A DNA stretch of 64,000 bases, from IMG/VR virus record IMGVR_UViG_3300021959_006010, positions 1 through 64,000 of that record; one strand, 5' to 3'. Position numbers and translations under genes: made by a program. The notes beneath the pieces were generated by a model. That model ran no database searches. It saw only the letters and a program-made list of their open reading frames with translations, and had not been told where the DNA came from. Positions 31,445 through 40,202 of this stretch are shown here, one piece after another. Every line of letters begins with the position of its first letter. Position 1 is the stretch's first letter.

Positions 31445-32696
31445 TAAATCATTTTGCGTAATGCCTTGGCTACACTTACATGCTTGGCCTGCTGGAGAAG
31501 CATATCTTTGCTGTATCGGAGGAACAGGACGAGAAGAAAACGAGGTAGGCGATCTGTCAACACAATCAATAGCTGAAGTAATGAATGGCGACAAAATGAA
31601 ATCCATTCGAAAGAAGATGCTAGCTGGCGAAAAAATACCAAACTGTAAAAATTGTTACGAAGCTGAAGCAGGTAAAGGATATAGTTGGCGAGAAGGGTTT
31701 AATGCACAGTTTGCTGATGAAATAGAAGGCATTGTAGAAAACACAGCTGAAGACGGTACAATTGATCCAAAATTGCTTTATGTGGATTTTAGATTTAGTA
31801 ATTTGTGTAATCTTGAATGTAGAACGTGTGGCAGTGAGCTTAGTAGCAGTATTGCTAGTACGCTAGGACGAAATTTTCCAATCAAGCGCCAAGCTGAACT
31901 AGAAGAAAAAGGAGTAATGGGCAAAGGTAATATTGTTGCTTACTCTAATAAGAATAAACTTTTTACAGACGATCTAAAACAGTATCTTAAAGACACAAAA
32001 TGTTTTTATTTTGCAGGTGGCGAACCATTAATGCAAAAAGAGCACCACGAAGTTTTAAAGTATGTGCATGATAACAAATGGTTTGACAAAGAATTACGTT
32101 ATAGCACTAACTTGTCAAACCTACATTATAAGCAAACAGACTTTGTTGAAATGTGGAAAGATTTTGAAAATGTATGGTTAATGTGTAGTATCGATCACTA
32201 CGGAGATAAACTAGAACATATCCGTCAAAATGTTAACAGTGATCGACTTTGGAAAAATTTTGATAGACTAGTTAGCACACATTTCAAATTATCTATAACA
32301 TTTGTTGTTAGTATATATAACATATATTATTTGTATGACTTCTTTAAATTCTTAGATGACAAAGGATATATTGACAGATTACATTCTTTAGAAATGCTAT
32401 ATGTATTTGGTGATACCGAATCACCTGCTTGTTTACCAGATTTTGCTAAAGCAGAATTAATAGAAAAGTTAAAGGCTGACGAAGAAAGCGAGTTATATAA
32501 GCGTTTGTGTGACAAGTTCTCATACTTAGCTTCAGGTATACAAGGTCTACCTGGATTTGTAAACGGGCAGTCAACCTTTACATTTGAACAATTTATTGAT
32601 AGAGTAGAAAAGTTTGACAAGATGTATAATAGAAATACTAGCGAAACATTTCCGTGGTTAGGAGAAGTAATTGAAAAAAGTAAAACTTCTAATTAA
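31434..32696 (+). CDS. Radical SAM protein with N-terminal twitch/SPASM-like domain
   Basis: FCVMPW...GEAYLCC...CKNC, CNLECRTC and AGGEP. The ATG at 31434 is preferred over the longer track start. Confidence 0.9.
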   Translation: MKDNKSFCVMPWLHLHAWPAGEAYLCCIGGTGREENEVGDLSTQSIAEVMNGDKMKSIRKKMLAGEKIPNCKNCYEAEAGKGYSWREGFNAQFADEIEGIVENTAEDGTIDPKLLYVDFRFSNLCNLECRTCGSELSSSIASTLGRNFPIKRQAELEEKGVMGKGNIVAYSNKNKLFTDDLKQYLKDTKCFYFAGGEPLMQKEHHEVLKYVHDNKWFDKELRYSTNLSNLHYKQTDFVEMWKDFENVWLMCSIDHYGDKLEHIRQNVNSDRLWKNFDRLVSTHFKLSITFVVSIYNIYYLYDFFKFLDDKGYIDRLHSLEMLYVFGDTESPACLPDFAKAELIEKLKADEESELYKRLCDKFSYLASGIQGLPGFVNGQSTFTFEQFIDRVEKFDKMYNRNTSETFPWLGEVIEKSKTSN

Positions 32697-33531
32697 CGAA
32701 GATTATATTGTTATTGAATTAAAAAATAACGATATATCATCCTTGTGGCTTAATAATATACGTCAACAAAATGATATGTCAATACGTTCTGTAAGCGATC
32801 CTCATTATATAGATCCAGTTAACAATCAAGATTATACTTCTGGTGTTTGGAATAAAATTAAAGAAAACATAAACACTATAGAAACGGAATTTAATATTAA
32901 ATGGCCTGAAGAAGTTCCAGATGTATTTAATTTTGATCAGCAAATAATGAATAGATATCATAGATATTTTGCACAGTCAACGATGTTTTATAATAGATGG
33001 CAAATAGATCACGATTATAGATTTGACGAAATTCCTGTAGAAAAGCAAAAAAGATTTTCAGACTTGTTAGAAGAAATAAATTTTTCTATACACGAACTTG
33101 AAAGCTATACAATTACTCCAAGAATACAAAAGTATAAAAATAAAATTAAAAAGTTGTATATCGATTTCTCACCAACTAATTGGATAAATTTACCTCATAA
33201 TACTGTACACAGTGCCGACAAAGAATACAATGTGTGTATTGCTATGGAAGTACACGGAAAAAATTATTTGCAAGCATTTATAGATGACGATGTACCTTTC
33301 CATCCCGATGTGCATGGACAGCGAGGAATGTTTGGAAGGATTGATATTTACACAGACGATACAGTTTTTGATATTTTAGAAAGTGAAGAATTTAAAAATT
33401 GGTTAGGAACTGAAAGTATAAAAGATTATTCTTTAGTGCAATTAGGGAAAGTTATTGAATCATCACAGCCGCTTTCTAAATTGTACGATGTTTTAGCAAG
33501 TGGAGTAGCAATGGAGATTATTGAGCTATGA
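32671..33531 (+). CDS. Hypothetical protein, His-motif family member 3
   Basis: MNRYHRYFA...INFSIHELES...EVHGKN. TTG start with an AGGAG SD. Confidence 0.7.
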   Translation: MKKVKLLINEDYIVIELKNNDISSLWLNNIRQQNDMSIRSVSDPHYIDPVNNQDYTSGVWNKIKENINTIETEFNIKWPEEVPDVFNFDQQIMNRYHRYFAQSTMFYNRWQIDHDYRFDEIPVEKQKRFSDLLEEINFSIHELESYTITPRIQKYKNKIKKLYIDFSPTNWINLPHNTVHSADKEYNVCIAMEVHGKNYLQAFIDDDVPFHPDVHGQRGMFGRIDIYTDDTVFDILESEEFKNWLGTESIKDYSLVQLGKVIESSQPLSKLYDVLASGVAMEIIEL

Positions 33532-34697
33532 TTAAATGTATAAATGCAAAAAATGGAATCAGAGCTTATAACGATGGATCAGTTATGCTATGCTGTATGA
33601 GTACAGAAAAATTAACAGACAAAGACGGCAACATTGCGTCTGTTAAAAATACCCCAATTAATGATATTAGAAACGGAAAGAAATCTAAAGAAATACTAGA
33701 TGCGTTAGCACGGGGAGAAAAACACCCTAATTGTGAACGTTGTTGGAAAGAAGAAGATGCTGGATTATACAGCAAACGTTTGCGAGACAACGACACATTT
33801 AAATACGTACCTAGTAATGATACTAGTTTAGTACTAGCAGAATTAAATTTAGGAACCACATGTAATTTGAAGTGTAGAATTTGCGGCCCTTGGAGCAGTA
33901 GCCAATGGAATAAAGAATTTTTACAAATAGGCCAATGGGGAAGTGATAAAGACTCGTATAAAAAATGGCTACATGACCTTAACCATAGTTATGACGACGA
34001 CAGCCAATTTTGGGAAGAATTTAAAGCCCAGCTTCCTTCTTTAAAGAGAATAGAAATGTATGGAGGTGAACCCTTTCTAGTAAAGAAGCAGTGGGAAATG
34101 CTAAAGTATGCTATTGATCAAGGATACAGTAAAAAACAAAGTTTAAATTTTAATACAAACGGTACTGTTTTTGATATGGACAAAGTAAACATACTTAGAG
34201 AATTTAAACATGTACACATTAGTTTTAGTATAGACGGTATTAAAGACAAATTTGAATATCAAAGACATCCTGCAAAATGGGATGAAGTAAGTGACAATAT
34301 AAAAAGGTATCAGTATCTAGCAAATAAGTATGACTGGAATCTTGCAGTATGTATTACTGTTAACAATTACAATGTATTCTATTTACAAGAAACAATGGAA
34401 TATTTTGAAAATATTAATATGGAATATTATCTTAATTTTTTACATGATCCGTCGAGATATTCTGTTGTAAACCTACATCAAGACATTAAAGATCATCTCA
34501 CATATAAGTATAATAGATATAAGGGAATGCCTAACATAGAAATGTGGCTTAAGAAAGCAGCAGAATATATGAATCTAAAAACTAGTAAGGAAGATTATTG
34601 GGATGCCTTTTTAAATATTACTAAACAGTTAGATGATCTAAGACAAGAAAAGTTTAGTGATGTGTTTCCCGAATTAGCAGAGTTTATAAAAAAATGA
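33528..34697 (+). CDS. Radical SAM protein with N-terminal twitch/SPASM-like domain
   Basis: KCINA...GSVMLCC...CERC, CNLKCRIC and YGGEP. Confidence 0.9.
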   Translation: MIKCINAKNGIRAYNDGSVMLCCMSTEKLTDKDGNIASVKNTPINDIRNGKKSKEILDALARGEKHPNCERCWKEEDAGLYSKRLRDNDTFKYVPSNDTSLVLAELNLGTTCNLKCRICGPWSSSQWNKEFLQIGQWGSDKDSYKKWLHDLNHSYDDDSQFWEEFKAQLPSLKRIEMYGGEPFLVKKQWEMLKYAIDQGYSKKQSLNFNTNGTVFDMDKVNILREFKHVHISFSIDGIKDKFEYQRHPAKWDEVSDNIKRYQYLANKYDWNLAVCITVNNYNVFYLQETMEYFENINMEYYLNFLHDPSRYSVVNLHQDIKDHLTYKYNRYKGMPNIEMWLKKAAEYMNLKTSKEDYWDAFLNITKQLDDLRQEKFSDVFPELAEFIKK

Positions 34698-35869
34698 AAA
34701 CATGGAATTTAGAAAATGTAGGATATCTGCATATTGAATTAAGTAACTTTTGTAATGCTGCTTGTCCAATGTGTCCTAGATATATCTATCATACAGAAAT
34801 AATAGATCCGTCTTTGTCTCTTAATCAAATGAGTTTTGAAGATTTTAAAACTTATTTTCCTAGAACACTGTTAGAAAACATACACAGGGTAACATTTTGT
34901 GGAACACACGGTGATCCCATGACAGCAAAAGATGTTATTCCTATAGTTGAATACTTGTATTCGTGCAATCCAAAAATGTATATTTCAGTTAATACTAATG
35001 GCGGTTTACGCAATCCGGAATTCTGGAACGAGCTCGGTAAATTAATGTCGGATAAAATGCATGCTGTAACTTTTAGTATTGACGGCCTTGAAGATACGAA
35101 TCATTTATATAGACGTAGAGTACGCTGGAATACTTTAATTAACAATGTAAAAAGTTTTATTAATGCAGGAGGCACAGCATACTGGGATTATTTGATTTTT
35201 GAACACAATGAACATCAAATAGACACTGCAAAAAAGATGAGCATAGATTTAGGATTTGAAAAATTCTTTTCTAAAAGAGCATTAGGATTTTCGTCAAATG
35301 TTGACGGGTCTTATAAGCCTAGTCCAGTTTACGATAAAAACGGAGATTTTGAATATTACCTATCGCCACCAAACGATGAAGAGTATGTTAATTCTGGTAG
35401 CAAGAAAGTAAAGCATAACTTAACTGAAAAAGTTAATCCGGAATGGTATTTAAATTTTAGAAATAATTTAACTACAGACAATCTTGACGAAAAATATAAA
35501 ATACACATAGACAAAGAAATTGATTGTAAATTCTTACATAGAGATAAACAAAATAGTTTTACTGAGCTATACATTAATGCAAATGGATTAGTTATACCTT
35601 GTTGTTATATGGGCTCAGCAATTACAGGTTCGTTTGGAGAAGAACAAGAATTACAAGTAAGAAACATAATAGACAATCATAAAGATGAGCTTGATTTAAA
35701 TAAACAGTCGTTAGAAAAAATATTAGAGAGTAGAATATTAGATAGACTCTTTATTAAACAATGGAGTAAAGAAAAATTCTCAGACGGAAAACCTGTATTT
35801 TGTTCTTTGATGTGCGGAAAAAACAATAGCATTGATCGGATATTCGTAGACGACGGAAAGATACAATGA
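34694..35869 (+). CDS. Radical SAM protein with C-terminal twitch/SPASM domain
   Basis: CNAACPMC, CGTHGDP and FSIDG. C-terminal C...GLVIPCC...CSLMC. Paralogue of 44622. Confidence 0.9.
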   Translation: MKTWNLENVGYLHIELSNFCNAACPMCPRYIYHTEIIDPSLSLNQMSFEDFKTYFPRTLLENIHRVTFCGTHGDPMTAKDVIPIVEYLYSCNPKMYISVNTNGGLRNPEFWNELGKLMSDKMHAVTFSIDGLEDTNHLYRRRVRWNTLINNVKSFINAGGTAYWDYLIFEHNEHQIDTAKKMSIDLGFEKFFSKRALGFSSNVDGSYKPSPVYDKNGDFEYYLSPPNDEEYVNSGSKKVKHNLTEKVNPEWYLNFRNNLTTDNLDEKYKIHIDKEIDCKFLHRDKQNSFTELYINANGLVIPCCYMGSAITGSFGEEQELQVRNIIDNHKDELDLNKQSLEKILESRILDRLFIKQWSKEKFSDGKPVFCSLMCGKNNSIDRIFVDDGKIQ

Positions 35870-37029
35870 TATATGAGAATATTTATGATCACTTAAATAA
35901 AGACTTACTTGAAACACTTACTGATAAAAAAGAAGTTTTTTCTTTTGAGTATATGTGCAAATTTTTAAATGTAGCAAAAACTACAAGTGAAATTACTAGC
36001 TCTAAAGTATTTGTTGTAAATGTTTTAAATTTTTTAGGCTTTGTAGAAAAGCTAAGTCCTACAGGATTTTTAGACAGAGAGATAAAAAACAAAATAAATT
36101 CTGGCAATGCTAAATTAGTAATAAATCATTGTCACGAACGCACACACAAATATTCTAATCCATTCTACCGTACTATTTGGAATACCTTAATAGAAAAAAT
36201 TCAAACAGCAGGGATAGATCTAAGACAGGTTACTTTTTTAAGCGGTGATCGATATATTGAAAAATCCTTTGCAGTCGAAAGTCCTTTGTACAAAGTAATA
36301 GGACTAGATACAATGGAGTTCGTGTACAACAGATGGTCACAATATCACAATGTTTATTCTGTGCCGTTTTCGCTTGATAAAGATATTGATTTTTTGTTTT
36401 TAAATGCAGTTCCAAGAGAGCATCGGTGTGTTATAAGATATCTTTTAAATGAAAAGGATTTTTTAAAAAATTCTATTAACAGTTGGGTTATTGGAGATAG
36501 ACGGCCTGTACTTGAAGATATTAAAACATTTATTAAGCATACACAGTTAACTATAGATCCGCAAGAAATATATAACTATTCTTTGGTACAAAAGACACTA
36601 GACAGCACATCAAAGAATCTCCGAGGACAAGGTAACCAAAATTTTATGCAACTAAACTGGTTAAAAGAAACTAAGTTTAGTTTTGTATTAGAGACAGGCT
36701 ATCAAGAAAACATAATGTTAGTATCGGAAAAGACTTTTAAACCTATGCTGTTCAAACATCCTTTTATGGTTTATAGTCATCCTAACCATTTAACCTATTT
36801 AAAAGAATGCGGGTACGAAACATATCCAGAGCTATTTGACGAATCGTACGATTTACAAGACGACAGTGTAAAGATTAATACAATGCTACAAAATTTAGAG
36901 TCGTTTAAAGATCGTGCAGAAGGCAAAGAAAAAATTATAAATGAAAAACTAGAACATAACCGACAGCAGTTTTTATCACAACCATGTCTAAAAACTACAA
37001 AGCAATCTCTGATAAGTATTTTTGAATGA
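35866..37029 (+). CDS. Putative glycosyltransferase (GT10/GT-B-like, SEKT family)
   Basis: FLNAVPREHR, VLET...VSEKTFKPM...HPF and L...GYET...FDESYD. Confidence 0.5.
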   Translation: MIYENIYDHLNKDLLETLTDKKEVFSFEYMCKFLNVAKTTSEITSSKVFVVNVLNFLGFVEKLSPTGFLDREIKNKINSGNAKLVINHCHERTHKYSNPFYRTIWNTLIEKIQTAGIDLRQVTFLSGDRYIEKSFAVESPLYKVIGLDTMEFVYNRWSQYHNVYSVPFSLDKDIDFLFLNAVPREHRCVIRYLLNEKDFLKNSINSWVIGDRRPVLEDIKTFIKHTQLTIDPQEIYNYSLVQKTLDSTSKNLRGQGNQNFMQLNWLKETKFSFVLETGYQENIMLVSEKTFKPMLFKHPFMVYSHPNHLTYLKECGYETYPELFDESYDLQDDSVKINTMLQNLESFKDRAEGKEKIINEKLEHNRQQFLSQPCLKTTKQSLISIFE

Positions 37030-38912
37030 AGAATATTATTTTAGTACAACCGAACTTTAGGCAAGGACCTAAAGAATTAAACGCTTACTATTTGCCTTAC
37101 TCAGTAGGAGTTCTATGGGCATACGCCACGCAATCTGCTTATGTAAAAAAGAACTATAATCTTATAGACATTATATGGAAACGTGACTTGATAGAAGATA
37201 TCATTTCTCGATTTGATAATGCAGACGTTGTTGCTTTTAGTACATATGTTTGGAACAAAAATTATATCTACAAATTAGCATCACTAATCAAAGAACGAAA
37301 TCCTAAGTGCATTACAGTGTTTGGCGGACCTGAAATTGAAATCGAAAACAAAGACCTATTTGAAAAATATCCATTTATGGATTATGTAGTAAAAACAGAA
37401 GGCGAGCATGTTTTCCAAAGTTTATTAGAATGTTTTGAATGTGCTGAACATACAGAAGGGTTACTAATAAACAGAAACGGAAAAGTTTTTGACACCGGAG
37501 CGGCCAAGCGAATAGACGATTTAGATAGCATACCTAGTCCTTACTTGGCAGGAGTATTTGATAATCTTGTAGCTGGTAATCCAGATGTTGAATGGAATGC
37601 AACACTAGAAACAAATAGAGGGTGTCCGTATGCTTGCACTTTTTGCGATTGGGGGAGTTTAACTTATAGTAAAGTTAAAAAATTCAAACTAGAAAGAGTG
37701 TATGCAGAATTAGAATGGATAGCGCAAAACAAATGTGGATTTGTAAGTGTTACTGATGCTAACTTTGGAATATTTTTAGAGAGAGACAGTTTAATTGCAG
37801 ATAAGCTTCTTGAAGTACAAGAAGAATATGGTTATCCGTATACGTTCAGTGTAACGTGGGCTAAAAATCAAAAAGATGGTGTTATAGATATTGTTAAAAA
37901 ATTAACAGATAGTCCTAAGTTTAATCAAGGACTAACAGTTAGTGTACAAAGCATGGATTTAAAAGTTTTAGAAAACATTAAACGTAAAAATTTAAACCAG
38001 CATAAAATTGAAGAAATATTTGATATATGCGAAAGTCGTAGAATACCAACATATACAGAAGTTATACTAGGACTACCTGGCGAAACACTTGACTCTTGGA
38101 AAAACAACTTTTGGGAATTATTTAACGCTGGCGCACATACTGGCTTGAATATATTTCAAGCACAATTGTTAGAAAATGCAGAAATGAATTTAGCCCAAAC
38201 AGAAAGTTTCTCTATGACATACCAAACAGTATATGATTATATGAGCGGTAGCTATGATGAAGATCCTGTTAAAGAAGGCGTTAAAGTAGTTACATCTACA
38301 AGTACTTTAAGTTTTGAAGAAATGCTAGACGCACAAGTGTTTAGTTGGTATTTAAATACGTTCCATGTCAATGGATTGACAAACTATATAAGTAGATACT
38401 TGAATAAAAACAATATTAAATCTTATAAAGAGTTTTATGAGGGACTATACGAGATTTTAAAACTTGACGAATGGTTTAACACGCAGATGCAAGAAACAAG
38501 ATACTATTATAATAAATGGATGACTGAAGGAGCAATTAACCATCCTAAGATTGCTGGTGTTGAAATACATGGTTGGAATTTAATACATCGAACTATTTTA
38601 AGTATGCATTCTGAAAAGATGACAGGTCATCTTTATAAACTGATTTATTCTTATTGCTATGATTTGTTTGATGATAAAAATCTCTTTGAAGAATTATTTA
38701 AACTTCAACGCAACTACTTTATTGATTACGATAACGTTAACAGCTATCCTATGACAATAAGTTTTAATTATGATTTCCTAGGTTTAGACATTGATAAGCC
38801 AGCAACTTATATTTTAGACTTTCCTGAAGATAAAACTATGAAGCAAGAAACCTTTCTTGAAAACATTTATTTTAGAAGACGCAGAAACTTTGGTAAAGCA
38901 ACAATAAGTTAA
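37026..38912 (+). CDS. B12-binding domain radical SAM protein
   Basis: LPYSVG, AFSTYVWN, VFGGP, ETNRGCPYACTFCDWG and ILGLPGET. Paralogue of 23064. Confidence 0.9.
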   Translation: MKNIILVQPNFRQGPKELNAYYLPYSVGVLWAYATQSAYVKKNYNLIDIIWKRDLIEDIISRFDNADVVAFSTYVWNKNYIYKLASLIKERNPKCITVFGGPEIEIENKDLFEKYPFMDYVVKTEGEHVFQSLLECFECAEHTEGLLINRNGKVFDTGAAKRIDDLDSIPSPYLAGVFDNLVAGNPDVEWNATLETNRGCPYACTFCDWGSLTYSKVKKFKLERVYAELEWIAQNKCGFVSVTDANFGIFLERDSLIADKLLEVQEEYGYPYTFSVTWAKNQKDGVIDIVKKLTDSPKFNQGLTVSVQSMDLKVLENIKRKNLNQHKIEEIFDICESRRIPTYTEVILGLPGETLDSWKNNFWELFNAGAHTGLNIFQAQLLENAEMNLAQTESFSMTYQTVYDYMSGSYDEDPVKEGVKVVTSTSTLSFEEMLDAQVFSWYLNTFHVNGLTNYISRYLNKNNIKSYKEFYEGLYEILKLDEWFNTQMQETRYYYNKWMTEGAINHPKIAGVEIHGWNLIHRTILSMHSEKMTGHLYKLIYSYCYDLFDDKNLFEELFKLQRNYFIDYDNVNSYPMTISFNYDFLGLDIDKPATYILDFPEDKTMKQETFLENIYFRRRRNFGKATIS

Positions 38913-38956
38913 TCCAAATATAGTACAAATTTTACTTTGATAGGTTAAGTAATTGT

Positions 38957-40183
38957 ATGAATATTGGATTTATCGGAACAGGAAAATTAGGTATGCCTTG
39001 TGCAGAAGCAATTGCTGCCAAAGGACATACTGTTAAAGGATATGACATAGTAAAACAGTCTAGCAAGTCTGTAACTATGTTTCCTACAATAGAAGGATGT
39101 GTTACAAATTGTGACATTGTATTTGTTGCAGTTCCAACACCTCATGACCCTCTTTATGACGGCAATGCACCTACTTCTCACTTAGAGCCAAAAGACTTTA
39201 GTTATGATATTGTAAAAGAAGTATTAGCTGAAGCAAACAAGTATATGCACCCGCATCAATTATTAGTATTAATTAGTACAGTTCTTCCGGGCACAGTTCG
39301 TCGTGAGCTTGAGCCTCTTGTAACTGAATCTCGATTTGTTTACAATCCTTATCTTATTGCTATGGGAAGTGTAGCATGGGACATGGTCAATCCAGAAATG
39401 GTAATGATAGGTACAGAAGATGGCACAACAAATGGTGATGCAAAGGAACTGGTAGACTTTTATAAAACTATTATGGAGAATGATCCTAGATATGTGATAG
39501 GTACCTGGGACGAATGTGAATGTATCAAAGTATTTTATAACACCTTTATAAGTGCTAAAATAGGTCTTGTAAACATGATACAGGACGTTGCTATGCAACA
39601 GGGCAACATTAACGTAGACGTTGTTACAGACGCTCTAGCGCAGTCTACGATGCGTATTATGGGCCCACAGTATATGAAAGCAGGTATGGGTGACGGTGGC
39701 GCATGCCATCCTAGAGATAATATTGCATTACGTTACATGGCAAAAGAACTAGATTTAGGTTACGACTTGTTTGATAGTATTATGACTGCACGAGAAATAC
39801 AAGCTGAAAATCTTGCTAAGTTTTTAGTTGATATTGCAAACGAAAGAAACATGCCTATATACATACACGGCAAAGCATACAAGCCTAAAGTTCCGTACTG
39901 CGATGGTAGTTACAGTTTGTTAATAGGACATTACTGTGAACACTATGGATTTGCACCAACTTATATTGATCCGTATACAGGAAATGATTTCCAGCCAGAT
40001 ATTCCGGGTGTATTTTTAATGGCACATTCCGCAAGCACAACTTACGAATACACAGGAAACAAAAACAATGATGAAATATACTGTGTAATACCGATGGGAA
40101 GCGTAGTAGTTGATCCTTGGAGGAAGTTTATTTCAAATGCTAGTGAAGTAATTTATTACGGAAACACTAGACATATTAAATAA
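38957..40183 (+). CDS. UDP-glucose/GDP-mannose dehydrogenase family protein
   Basis: IGFIGTGKLG, FVAVPTP, STVLPGT, K.FYNTF and catalytic GGACHPRD. Confidence 0.9.
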   Translation: MNIGFIGTGKLGMPCAEAIAAKGHTVKGYDIVKQSSKSVTMFPTIEGCVTNCDIVFVAVPTPHDPLYDGNAPTSHLEPKDFSYDIVKEVLAEANKYMHPHQLLVLISTVLPGTVRRELEPLVTESRFVYNPYLIAMGSVAWDMVNPEMVMIGTEDGTTNGDAKELVDFYKTIMENDPRYVIGTWDECECIKVFYNTFISAKIGLVNMIQDVAMQQGNINVDVVTDALAQSTMRIMGPQYMKAGMGDGGACHPRDNIALRYMAKELDLGYDLFDSIMTAREIQAENLAKFLVDIANERNMPIYIHGKAYKPKVPYCDGSYSLLIGHYCEHYGFAPTYIDPYTGNDFQPDIPGVFLMAHSASTTYEYTGNKNNDEIYCVIPMGSVVVDPWRKFISNASEVIYYGNTRHIK

Positions 40184-40196
40184 AAGGTGTTATAAT
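40168..40196 (+). promoter_or_regulatory. sigma70 promoter with extended -10 (probably leaderless transcript)
   Basis: TAGACA (40168-40173), 17 nt, TATAAT (40191-40196) preceded by TGn. The ATG begins at 40203 and has no SD. Confidence 0.7.
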
Positions 40197-40202
40197 ACAA
40201 GC

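Noticed and set aside
38913-38956. Possible promoter in the gap before the NDP-sugar dehydrogenase (TAAGTA variant)
   Set aside because: It matches neither promoter class well and cannot be distinguished from AT-rich background.
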